Source: Salisapilia sapeloensis CBS 127946
Lineage: Eukaryota > Protista > Oomycota
Assembly (NCBI GenBank): GCA_023334545.1
Contig: JAADVB010000196.1
Coordinates: forward strand, 1-36,579
Direction of reading: 5' to 3'
DNA length: 36,579 bases
Shown here one piece after another: positions 9,845-19,600 of the stretch (its first letter is position 1; every line of letters starts with the position of its first letter). Position numbers and translations under genes: made by a program. Below the pieces are notes generated by a model, which saw only the letters and a list, made by a program, of their open reading frames with translations, was not told where the DNA came from and searched no databases.

Positions 9845-11022
9845 CTAGGAAGGAAAAGAAGATGCTGCAATTCCTCCTGCTGCGATCGTAAACGAGACTT
9901 TGTTCGGTGCAAGATACGGTGACTTTTTCACCTCCAACCATCGTTTCGAGTCGTCATATCCGTCACGATAGAGCATGAATCTGGCATATAGAAGCATATA
10001 TGAGAAAATATTCTACACATATATGTTATTACTAGTAACCTTTGATTAATGCAATTCGCCCACGATAGACCCAATGCTGGTTTATACGGACTACTGCTTT
10101 GGAAGGCAGACGTCATATCAACGGTATTGTCTTGAACGTTGCCCGTGACTTGATTCGTGAGTACGAAAATGACGTTGTATTGATGTCCAAGGATACGCAT
10201 GCAGTTTGCAAGGTGAAACATGAGCTGTGACCGATCGGTGGCTTGCTACATGGTCAAGGATCAATGACAGTCCTTACTACGAGTGCAGTGGATGGCTACT
10301 TTGACAGTTGTCGTGGATTCTAGTCGAAGTACAGCGGCAATGCTGTCGATCACCACCAACTTTGTGTTCTGCTCTTCTAGTAGTGCTGGAAGGCGATTTT
10401 GCTAAATAAATATACCTCGATCACGTTAGACAATGCAACGTCACCAGAGCACTGTTGAGGAAACAAGTTATACCAAAACATTGATCAAGTCATCCGCTTC
10501 ATAGAGCTGTTCAATAAAAATGTTATCGAGTAAAGACTTTGCTCGGTCGGCGACTGAACGCTCTTGGGTAATGTCCTGATGCCGAACGCGTTTGCCAAGC
10601 ACCGAGTCAATGTGTCCGTATCTTGTAACGAACGTATGGGAAAGTTCACGAAGGCGCTTGACAGCACCCAGTCCTTCCGTGCAGATGTAACAAGCAGTTC
10701 CATCGAGCCCACCTAACTCTATCGGCAATGCACTTTGCAGCAATAGCTGTAGACATAGCTGGGTTTTGCCAGCGGAGGCTTCGCCGCAAATTTCCGACAC
10801 GAGCGCACTCCGAAGTCCACCTTGCAGCAGTTCATCGATTGTATCGACACCTGTGCTAAGAACCTTTGTGTCTGTACTACAGGACTGGAGTAGATCCAGC
10901 GCTGTCTTCATGGGCATCTCGATCGCTCCTCGGATCGATTCAAGATTTATTTGTGCATTTACCAACTAAGTATGGACAATTTATGTTTGTTTAGCGTAGT
11001 ACACGTCCTGTGTATATGCCAT
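9845..11022 (-). CDS. XRCC3: RAD51 paralog XRCC3-like; exons 10965-10474, 10401-10300, 10245-10040, 9980-9845 plus an unresolved 5' exon
   Basis: Walker A GEASAGKTQLCLQL...YICTEG, Walker B VVIDSIAAVLR (in the small exon missed by the ORF track), TNQVT and KPALGLSWANCINQR. Introns of 72, 54 and 59 nt are GT-AG and frame-consistent. The ATG at 11022 is one possible start, via a 39-nt intron. Confidence 0.85.
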
Positions 11023-11428
11023 ACGGATGACTGGTGTCTGTGTATCGTAGCTTTTGAGGTGTTACAGTAGCTCCATTTACGATTTGGACTGGCTGACCGG
11101 AAGTAGACGGTCAGAATGCTGAAAAGGAGGTGATGCCTATCCTGAGGGGCTGATTGCTGAAGTGATCGACAACTTTTAAAGTCCAGCAACGCTGGCCTGA
11201 TCCTTTTACGTGTATACTCTGCAGTACAATCTGCCACAGGAGGTGCTGTGAACCTAGTTCCGTTAGCACCTTACTGCTATTGGCTGCAAATATAAAGCGG
11301 TTGTTCATGATAGGAACCCTTCGCTTGAAAACTCATCTTGCAAGGAGCCAATTGCAACCCACATTCTCTTTTTCTTTTCTTTCGTAGTTGTATAAGATAA
11401 ATCGAAAAGTATGAGACGGAGGAATTTC

Positions 11429-11710
11429 TTAATGCCTACCGCTTGTGCGTGGCAGAGTAGTCTTGTGTCCGCCCTTCATCCGGATCGCAGCCACCGTTCG
11501 CGATATTGCTGCCTTGGACAAAGCATAGTCACATCTTATGATACCTTCTGCTCATCACATTGTCCCAGCCCCCATGTATCCGCGGCCACCTGTATTGCTA
11601 GCTACATGAATAATGAATCGTACTTGTATTGTAATCATGCCTTCCTCCTCGTTGCTCGCATCCACGCCCATCGTTTTTGCCTGGGACACCGTCGTCACCC
11701 TGCAAAGCAT
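11429..11710 (-). CDS. Candidate 71-aa small protein, 3 exons (11710-11624, 11589-11545, 11512-11429), possibly part of a longer gene
   Basis: Two phase-0 GT-AG introns of 34 and 32 nt give MLCRVTTVSQAKTMGVDASNEEEGMITIQ-VAADTWGLGQCDEQK-AAISRTVAAIRMKGGHKTTLPRTSGRH*. Confidence 0.3.
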
Positions 11711-12083
11711 ATTCGTCCGAAAAAACGACTAGCCAATACGCCCGTGTGCTTCCTGTCAAACAATTGCGCGAGCGACGGCATGACAATGCCCATCCATCTG
11801 TCCTCTGCCTGAATTGATGTCGTTTTCGCGTACTTAAACTGCTGTTCGCTAGCTAGAAGGGGTTCGCCATCTCCTTTCGGCCCATTTTCACTTTGGCCAG
11901 TTTTCCTCGAGCTTCAATCGATCTTTTCGTTCTTTCTATCAGTCGACCGTCTCTCGACGACACCTCTCCCTCGACGACTGTCTTGCCAATTTACGATCGT
12001 CCTACTCGAATAACTAGTTCGCATATACTTCGCCCACACAAAGGCACACGATAGTACTATTAACACGCGCGAGGAGAAAGAAC

Positions 12084-13871
12084 ATGGCTTCTCGACCACA
12101 AATGACGCTCGAACCGGAGGCGCCGCTCGCAGTCGACGTCACGGTCGCGCCGGCACGCACGGCTATCATCCGCATGACCGAACCCAGCGGTAGCGTCCTG
12201 CTTCACCTCACGCCGGACGTGTCGAGCGTCCCGGCACTCATCCAGCGCTTCCATGAACACGCCTTCTCCAGTCCGTACGCATCGTATGCCACGAAAGCCG
12301 TCCTGCTTCGCATCCAGGCGAGTCCCAAGGACGGCGCAGCTTATGAATCGCACCTCGAGGACCTCTCGACCCTCACGGACGGAGAGGTATTGCTGTACAA
12401 ACCTTGTCCAGAGCTGCGCCATCTCCTCGACCAAGGGTGCATCACCCCCATCCTGTCCTCCACTCGTCCGACCATGTCGCCATCCAACTCACCCAGTCTC
12501 AAACGCAAAGGGAGGGCATCGTCCGTCACGAGCAACGCCGAGCGCGTGCATCGGTACGACGCATTGCTAGCCAAGATCCCATTATCAACGCAAGAAAAGG
12601 AGCTCGTGGAGAGTCTATTGCTTATCGGGGATGAACAAATCGTGGATGCCATGGAACAGTACAGCGTCTCGATGGAAGTAGCCGACGTGAAGCGAGCTCT
12701 GCGTCGTCAAAAGACCCCGTTGGAGCATCTATCGCATGACTTTCAGTCGTTAGAGATGCATTCGAACGACAATCCGTTCATCTCGGCTGAGCCGATGGAG
12801 ACCAAAGACACGGGTGACTCGACGACGGCAGGGAGACCGTCGTTGAGTATGCGAAGGACGAGCTCGACTTCATCTTCTGGACCGCCATTGCAGTCGATCC
12901 AAGAGACGTCCGGTCGAGGCGCCTTGTCCTTGGACGGACTCGACACATCGTTCGACACGGCGACTCCGTCTTTCTTCTCCCTCAAGCAGCTCTTGGATCA
13001 AGTACCTGTCCAAGAAGATTTCTACGCTCGATATCAAGTCGGGAACGTCCTTGGTGCAGGTAAATTCAGTGTCGTAAAAGCTTGTACGCGCCTCTCGGAC
13101 AATTATGAATTGGCTGTAAAAGTCGTGGACAAAGCCAAAGTGATGGAACTACGTTTTTTAAAGCGCGAGTTGGAGATTCTGCATTCTCTACGACACGACG
13201 GAATCGTCCAACTCGTCGAAGTGTTGGAAGACGCGTATCAGCTATATATCGTACTGGAAAAGTGCCACAAGGAACTGTTTGAAGTGATTGACAAGGAAGG
13301 GCCATTGGACGAACAAGTCGCGAAGAAGATTGTACGAAACCTACTTATTACCGTCGCGTACTTGCATAAGCAGTTGATTGTCCATCGAGATGTGAAGCCT
13401 GAGAACATTCTCTTGTTCGGAGATGATGTGAGTGAAATTAAACTGACCGACTTTGGCATTGCCAGAAGGCTCGATGGCGCCGGGAACAACTGGACATTGA
13501 CGCCGCACGAAGGGCTGTCAAACAACGGGCACGACCCGAACCTGTCGTTCCAGGCCGTCCGCAATCGCGTCGCGAGAGCGCACACCAAGTGCGGTAGTCG
13601 AGACTACGTCGCGCCGGAAGTCATGAGTGGGAAAGGGTATGGGATGGAAGCAGACCTGTACAGTGTTGGTGTCGTCACGTATGTCCTTTTAAGTGGTTGC
13701 GCCCCCGTCTTCGTGCCGGATCAGGACGGCAGTCGGCGACTCTTCTTCGCCGAAGACCTGTGGGCCAGAGTGTCGGACGACGGGAAAGCATTTATTCAAG
13801 CCTTATTGGTCCATGATCCGGAAGAGCGGCTAGCGGCTGCCGACGCGCTGGAACATGCGTGGTTAGCATAA
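12084..13871 (+). CDS. CAMK-group Ser/Thr protein kinase with about 310-aa N-terminal extension, intronless
   Basis: Motifs LGAGKFSVV, AVK, RELEIL, HRDVKPEN, DFG, CGSRDYVAPE and DLYSVGVVTYVLLSG; ends ALEHAWL. Confidence 0.95.
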   Translation: MASRPQMTLEPEAPLAVDVTVAPARTAIIRMTEPSGSVLLHLTPDVSSVPALIQRFHEHAFSSPYASYATKAVLLRIQASPKDGAAYESHLEDLSTLTDGEVLLYKPCPELRHLLDQGCITPILSSTRPTMSPSNSPSLKRKGRASSVTSNAERVHRYDALLAKIPLSTQEKELVESLLLIGDEQIVDAMEQYSVSMEVADVKRALRRQKTPLEHLSHDFQSLEMHSNDNPFISAEPMETKDTGDSTTAGRPSLSMRRTSSTSSSGPPLQSIQETSGRGALSLDGLDTSFDTATPSFFSLKQLLDQVPVQEDFYARYQVGNVLGAGKFSVVKACTRLSDNYELAVKVVDKAKVMELRFLKRELEILHSLRHDGIVQLVEVLEDAYQLYIVLEKCHKELFEVIDKEGPLDEQVAKKIVRNLLITVAYLHKQLIVHRDVKPENILLFGDDVSEIKLTDFGIARRLDGAGNNWTLTPHEGLSNNGHDPNLSFQAVRNRVARAHTKCGSRDYVAPEVMSGKGYGMEADLYSVGVVTYVLLSGCAPVFVPDQDGSRRLFFAEDLWARVSDDGKAFIQALLVHDPEERLAAADALEHAWLA

Positions 13872-13949
13872 CACAAGAGTATGAACAAGACATCACTGGA
13901 TTGCCACAATCGTTCTTTATCGCATTTCTCTCTTTCTCTTTCTTTCGCC

Positions 13950-14537
13950 TTAGTGCGGCTTGTGCATAAACTGCGTCGGCACCCACTTGTCGCCCGGATT
14001 GTCCTCGTTCATAACGTCCATGACTCGGGTTCGGATTTCATCCGCGCGAGCACGATCCGTCGAACGTAGCCAGATTTCATACCGGAACTGGTTCCCAGGT
14101 TCCTTCCGATCGCGACGGTTCTTGTGGATCACACGAACGCCAGTGATCTCGTCACCAGGGTCGATCGTCTCCCCGATGGCTCCTAGCACTAGACGTAGCC
14201 AATATTCGTCCAACTGCTCGCCCTTGACCTCCTTCCGGACAGACCATTCGGCACCCTTCTTGTTCTCCTGGTCTTCCCACTCGGGTGTGATGCCGTCTTT
14301 GAAGATGGCGTACGACTCGACTGTGCGATCCGCCATCTTCTTGCGCGTATATCCGTCGAACAAGGCCTGACTTGGCGTCGGGATGTGCTGATAATAGGCC
14401 CAGAACTGCTCGACAGAACGGAATGTCCCGAGCTTCCGAAGCTTATCTGCGTAAGATTGACCTTTGCCTACTTCACGCAGTTCCCAGATCGACCACGCCG
14501 TCTGGAGAGCATGCTCCTCCTCTGCGCTCCCGACCAT
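13950..14537 (-). CDS. EIF4E: Cap-binding translation initiation factor eIF4E family
   Basis: H.LQTAWSIW, F.SVEQFWAYY, IFKDGITPEWED..NKKG.EW, W..LVLGAIGE and EITGVRV...EIW reproduce the eIF4E Trp pattern. Confidence 0.95.
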   Translation of the reverse strand: MVGSAEEEHALQTAWSIWELREVGKGQSYADKLRKLGTFRSVEQFWAYYQHIPTPSQALFDGYTRKKMADRTVESYAIFKDGITPEWEDQENKKGAEWSVRKEVKGEQLDEYWLRLVLGAIGETIDPGDEITGVRVIHKNRRDRKEPGNQFRYEIWLRSTDRARADEIRTRVMDVMNEDNPGDKWVPTQFMHKPH

Positions 14538-14653
14538 CTTCCGATTCGTGTTTTGTTGTCGGACGGTGCTTTTATGGATCAGCCTTTAATGTCTCGATTT
14601 AAAAACGCAAGTGAGCTCGTCAAGATGGTACCGAGGAGGTACCTTGAGTCGAG
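14538..14653. promoter_or_regulatory. Inferred bidirectional promoter (116 bp) between head-to-head eIF4E and the BtuF-like fusion
   Basis: Divergent ATGs at 14537 (-) and 14654 (+). Inferred from geometry only; no motif called. Confidence 0.5.
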
Positions 14654-16606
14654 ATGACTAGACGCGTGGTCTCTTTGCTCCCATCAGCGACAGAGAACGT
14701 GTGCAAGCTTATTAGTCTTGCTGGGCCAGCTTCAAGAGCGCAGTTTGTCGGCAGGTCGCACGAATGCGATTATCCTGATACGTTGGAGGTGCAAAGGCTG
14801 CCTGTATTGACAGCTCCACGAACGCAATTTAATGGCTCGCGTAGTACGCATGACCAAGTCCAGAAGGTTTTAGGCGAACAAGCGTCTTCTTTGTACTATC
14901 TAGATGCAGACAAACTGGTAGAATTGCAGCCGGACCTTATATTAACGCAGTCTTCATGTCGAGTTTGTTCCATCGACTTGGCCTCTGTTACCAAGGCTGC
15001 TGATTCCGTGCAGCATGACGGCAATACTGTTCATACGACTCCCATTCTAGCTCTGGACCCAAAATCACTGAACGATGTACTGTTCGATCAGTTCATCCAG
15101 ATCGGTCGAGCGCTTGAACTAGATAAAGAAGCAGAGAAGCTGGTGGGAGACCATCGACAGGAACTTGATCGCTTGAAAGCGCTTGCAGACAGTGTCGAAC
15201 GAAAGCGCAAGAAGCGTGTGTTGGTCGTCGATTGGCTTGATCCTCTGTTTGTTGGCTCAAGTCGGTGGGTACAGGAAATGCTGTTGCTTGCTGGAGCAGA
15301 TATAGTAACTCGAGATCAAGTCGGGAAGGATACGATAGACATCGTAGTCATTGCGTTATGTGGCCTGTCGTTAGAAGAGACACAAGATGAGATCCAGAGT
15401 GGTCGAATCGGAAACTGGTGGAATGAAATCTTGGATAAACAGTCCAATCGACCAGACGTTTATCTTGTCGATGGCACTGCCATGTTCACTCGACCAACGA
15501 GTCGTCTACTCATCGCTCTCGAGTGGCTGGTACATATCATAAACAACATACCTGGTGCATGTATAGAGGAAGGGAGTACCTTTCCATACGTGAGTATTCC
15601 AATGGACACTATTCGTGCTCAAGACAAGAAAAAATCGATGGAAGAAGAAATCGTAGAAATCGAACGACTGCATGAAGCTGCTTGTTCTAATCAAGAGGCA
15701 ATGTACACTGATCCAAAGACAGGCTATTCAGTTCTCACTGCCCACTTCCTCCGTGAACGACAAACATGTTGTGGCAATCGATGCCGGCATTGTCCCTATG
15801 GTCACGTGAATGTCAAAGACGCCTCCAAGCGAGCTAATTCATTGCAGACGAATGTGATAATTCATCCCGGCAAGGGCCGACAGAAACACAGTGGACGTAT
15901 TGGCGGTGAGAAGCTCTGGCCGGCAGATGTCACTGATAGGTCAGCAAACGATGACCTTCTCGTTGTCTTTTGGAGTGGTGGGAAAGACTCTTTCTTAGCG
16001 CTTCGTGCAATGTATGATCAGTATGCAGAAAAAGCAAGAGGGATGCCACAGGTAGTCTTGCTTTCGACAGTCAATCCGACGGATAGCGTTGTCCCAGTAC
16101 AGAACATACCACTTGAAACGTTGGTAGATCAAGCCACAGCAATGGAACTACCTCTCTATATTGTACCAGTCGGCATGGACACTACGTACGCTCCTAAAGT
16201 ACGCCAAGCACTTGCGGAGCTACCGGAAAAACTAGCGAAGAATAATAGGAAGAAAATTACTAGTCTTGTCTTTGGTGATCTACACTTGGCAGACATTCGA
16301 ACGTGGCGAGAGGATACGTTCAGCGCAGACTACAATCTCCTTTTCCCCTTATGGAAAAAAGAGTACAAGACAGAGCTACTTCCATCGTTCGAACGTCTCT
16401 GTGCTCAAGTCGATGCCAAAGTCAGTTTGTCTGCAATTGACAATGATTTGATGCGCGTAGAGGGATGGAAAGTTGGAGATGTGTACGACTGGAAACTCGT
16501 GCAAGAAATGAATAACGAGGTAGAAACACAAGTAGACATCATGGGGGAATGTGGCGAGTTCCATACGTGTATTCTCTTGCCAGGCATGAAAGACTATTCG
16601 ATTTAA
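14654..16606 (+). CDS. Three-domain fusion: BtuF/TroA-like cobalamin-binding fold + Cys-rich DUF5522-like domain + PP-loop adenine-nucleotide alpha-hydrolase (diphthine-ammonia-ligase superfamily, bacterial type)
   Basis: N-terminal domain: RVVSLLPSATE, VGRSHECDYP, PDLILTQ..C.VC, DWLDPLF, YLVDG..MFTRP..RL..LE. Middle (about 15659-15805): YTDPKTGYSVLT...RQTCCGNRCRHCPYGH. C-terminal domain (from about 15960): FWSGGKDS, FGDLHLADIRTWRE, PLW, GECGEFHT. One 650-aa ORF with no stop. Confidence 0.88.
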   Translation: MTRRVVSLLPSATENVCKLISLAGPASRAQFVGRSHECDYPDTLEVQRLPVLTAPRTQFNGSRSTHDQVQKVLGEQASSLYYLDADKLVELQPDLILTQSSCRVCSIDLASVTKAADSVQHDGNTVHTTPILALDPKSLNDVLFDQFIQIGRALELDKEAEKLVGDHRQELDRLKALADSVERKRKKRVLVVDWLDPLFVGSSRWVQEMLLLAGADIVTRDQVGKDTIDIVVIALCGLSLEETQDEIQSGRIGNWWNEILDKQSNRPDVYLVDGTAMFTRPTSRLLIALEWLVHIINNIPGACIEEGSTFPYVSIPMDTIRAQDKKKSMEEEIVEIERLHEAACSNQEAMYTDPKTGYSVLTAHFLRERQTCCGNRCRHCPYGHVNVKDASKRANSLQTNVIIHPGKGRQKHSGRIGGEKLWPADVTDRSANDDLLVVFWSGGKDSFLALRAMYDQYAEKARGMPQVVLLSTVNPTDSVVPVQNIPLETLVDQATAMELPLYIVPVGMDTTYAPKVRQALAELPEKLAKNNRKKITSLVFGDLHLADIRTWREDTFSADYNLLFPLWKKEYKTELLPSFERLCAQVDAKVSLSAIDNDLMRVEGWKVGDVYDWKLVQEMNNEVETQVDIMGECGEFHTCILLPGMKDYSI

Positions 16607-19600
16607 TGAATCCCTATTTCATTGTCCTTAAACATCATATGCTTGATTAAATTGCTAAACTGGTCTCGAATCTTGCTGCTATCGAATGTCTCGTCTTCTC
16701 GTGTGTCAGTCAATACCATTGCACTAACCCGATTGACATCTGGGAAGAGTAATGTAGGCAGCGCATTTCTCCTTTGGTAAAGTAATCGAGGCTGAAAAGG
16801 TGGGACAGCGTCCGTTTGAAGGTTACCATATCCTTCCCATGCCGATAGAATGCCATCTCCAGCAGCCGCGGCCTCGTAGAGCTGTCGCATGAGATGCCAG
16901 TATCGAGCCCAAACAAGTGATTCTGATGCAGGGTATGCTTTGGACGAATTAGCTTCATCAGTAGATGAATCGATCTTACAATAGCGCTCGCGCCGCATAC
17001 GCTGGAAACCGACGTACCCTTCTAAAATGCAATGAAGACAGCCACATCCAGCACCTTCACAAAACCGCAGGAAATGAGTCTCTGGGAGATCTCGTGCTAG
17101 TGCTTGAAGGGTGCCAAGGAAGAAGGACCTCATGTGCGATTTCCACGTATTATCTAGACTTGAGAGGTCATTGACGATATGACGTAGCTCGCCTTCATCA
17201 TTCCAACATGCGCTATCCAAGTCGTTTTCCAAAGCAATCTGATAGAAGGTTCCCGTGTCGATGGACGAGCAACCGGTTCGACGCAGTGTTTCAGTGTACA
17301 TGAGTAGAATGTCATCTGGGTCGCGTGTTTGATCGATGGACAAGACGATTTGTGCAAACTCGGCAGACGTAAGCTGTCCATCTCCATTGACATCTCCTGC
17401 TTGAAAAGCCTCGAGTAAATGAATTTCCCTACGCTTCTTTTCATTGTGCCACTCTTCGACGACAAGTCGGAGAAGATGATCTACATTGACCAACAGGCCG
17501 GCGTTTCCATTTTCTATGGGAACTGAAGACTGAGCATTTTGAGCAATTTCCACAAGATGATCGCAAAACGTAGCAATAGACTGCTTTCGCATCGATCGAA
17601 AACATTGTTGTGCAGCGTCGTGAGCTTTCTCCAACGGCACCAACCAGGTTTCTTTGTCAGGGACAGAAACCTTTGGAACATGCATTCGCTTTCCTCGTCG
17701 CTGGACAGGTGGATGAAACGTAGAAGCGGTGGTATCGGGTGCACTCCCGGATGACCCATTTGATATCTGCTGAGTCGTTACACCAGGTCCACTAGCAGCT
17801 TCATTGCTTACGAGGCATTCGAGAAACTCAAGGTAATGTACCAAGTCCGACTTGTTCACTTCTTCAAAGCAGAAGCGGGCAAAGTACTCCACACGAATAT
17901 GCTCTGACCGATAATGCTCTACTGCACATGAAAAGGCAAGTAAGTGCATGTCGGCGATTGAAGGCAATCCATAGCTGTGTAGATTAGATTGATACACGAT
18001 TTGGGCAATAGTCAATTCCCTTTTGCGAGAATGAGAGTTAGAAGTGGACGTCGTCGTTTCTGCATTTAAAGCTCGGCGTCGATTTGCAGTTAGCATGTCT
18101 GCATAAGCATCAGCAATGCTTTTTAAGATCGTCGCAAGAGACTTTTTGGAGAATTGCAGCAATTGTTCAGCGTTCATACGCCACGAAGTAATTAATGCAG
18201 CAATTGGTCGAGGCACATTCGAGCTACTGATCTTGTGGACCTTAGCTTCTTTCTTTAAAGCTGAAATTCCAGCTGCAGCGGTGGAGGTAGTACCTACAAT
18301 TGAAGTGCGACTAGCTAAAAGAGCATCCATTGTCAGTGGTTGATTTTTTTTCCGCCCGGAAATGGATGTTCGTGTATCCTTTCGATGGTCGCCAGTAGCG
18401 CTAGACTCGTCTGGGTGCATATACATTTCCCTTTCGACTGTTTCTATGTCTTCTCCATTTGTCTGAGAGCCAACATTAAAGTGTCCAGGTTTAACAAACT
18501 CTTGCCATTCCATCGAGTCGGAAATTGCTACAACAGCATTGACTTTATTCTTGAAGTCGCTCTTGGACAACGGTGATAAAACATCATCTTTCTCATCTAC
18601 GAAGGTGCTTTCATCGCCATTCTCCTTTAATTCCTTACCGCTTTTTATGGCACTCACTAATTCACGAATACGATTTAATAACTCGTCTTCACCTTCTTTC
18701 TCCAGCAGTGCCTCTAAATCGCCTAGCAAATCTTTACTCTGTCGCAACGCTGAAAGTACAAGCGAAGTCTCTATTGTGGTATCCTCGATCATACCTTCTT
18801 CTAACATGTTTGTATGTAATTTTGATTTCCACTCATTGCTTGCAGCGTCAGTTGACTCAATAACGATGCTTTCCGCCAATAGTTTTGATTTTGATTCTTC
18901 GAGTAACTCTTCTTCTAAGACAGTTTCTGTCACTGATGTCTCCATCCCGTTTGGAACAAACGGTGTTAAAGCATCCTTTAAAAGCACCATCGTGGCAGCG
19001 TTGTCAGTATTATCACACGTCAATGTTCCGAGCAAGCTTTTGATCCATTTAATTTTAGTTTCGATGGACATTTGTGCAATGTATGGGTCAGGATCTGAAA
19101 AGTCCAATGGCTCGGTCTGTATAGTAGCGGGCATAACGTCGACGTTGGCTACGCCGCTACTTCTTGATCTAGACTCCGCGTCGTTAGAAGGACCCACTGT
19201 ATTCTCTACCCATTCGTCACGGTCGAGTAAAGGAGTTGCATTCCATAGGAGGTTCAAAAGGTTTTTCATATTACTCCCCAAAGTACCTGTGGATGTGTCT
19301 TGTAGTAACCTCTCGATCAAACTTGAGATAGTGTCCCATTGCTGATTTTGGTCACCACATCCAACTAATTCTTCAAGAAGACGCTGCATATCACCAGAAT
19401 CCAATTGAGGACAGAGAATAAAAGATATCAAGTCGTACGCTAGCGCGCTGGGAGATTTGTTTTCTTGAATGTAGTCAGATAACAGTAATTTTAAGTTTTC
19501 ACTTGACAATGCAGCAAACATTGAAGCAGCACTCTGCTTAGCACCTAGGTTTCTCTTCGACTTAAACCTTCCTTGAGCTCCCCTCATTCCTGCTTTTGAA

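Noticed and set aside
13960-14657. Plus-strand ORFs over eIF4E
   Set aside because: Antisense shadows of a GC-rich CDS.
15960-16606. Annotation as DPH6 diphthamide synthase
   Set aside because: The motifs fit the bacterial-type clade and the fusion context is unrelated to diphthamide.
18539-19345. 268-aa Ser-rich plus-strand ORF
   Set aside because: Antisense shadow of the Glu/Asp/Lys-rich part of the 16603..20944 gene.
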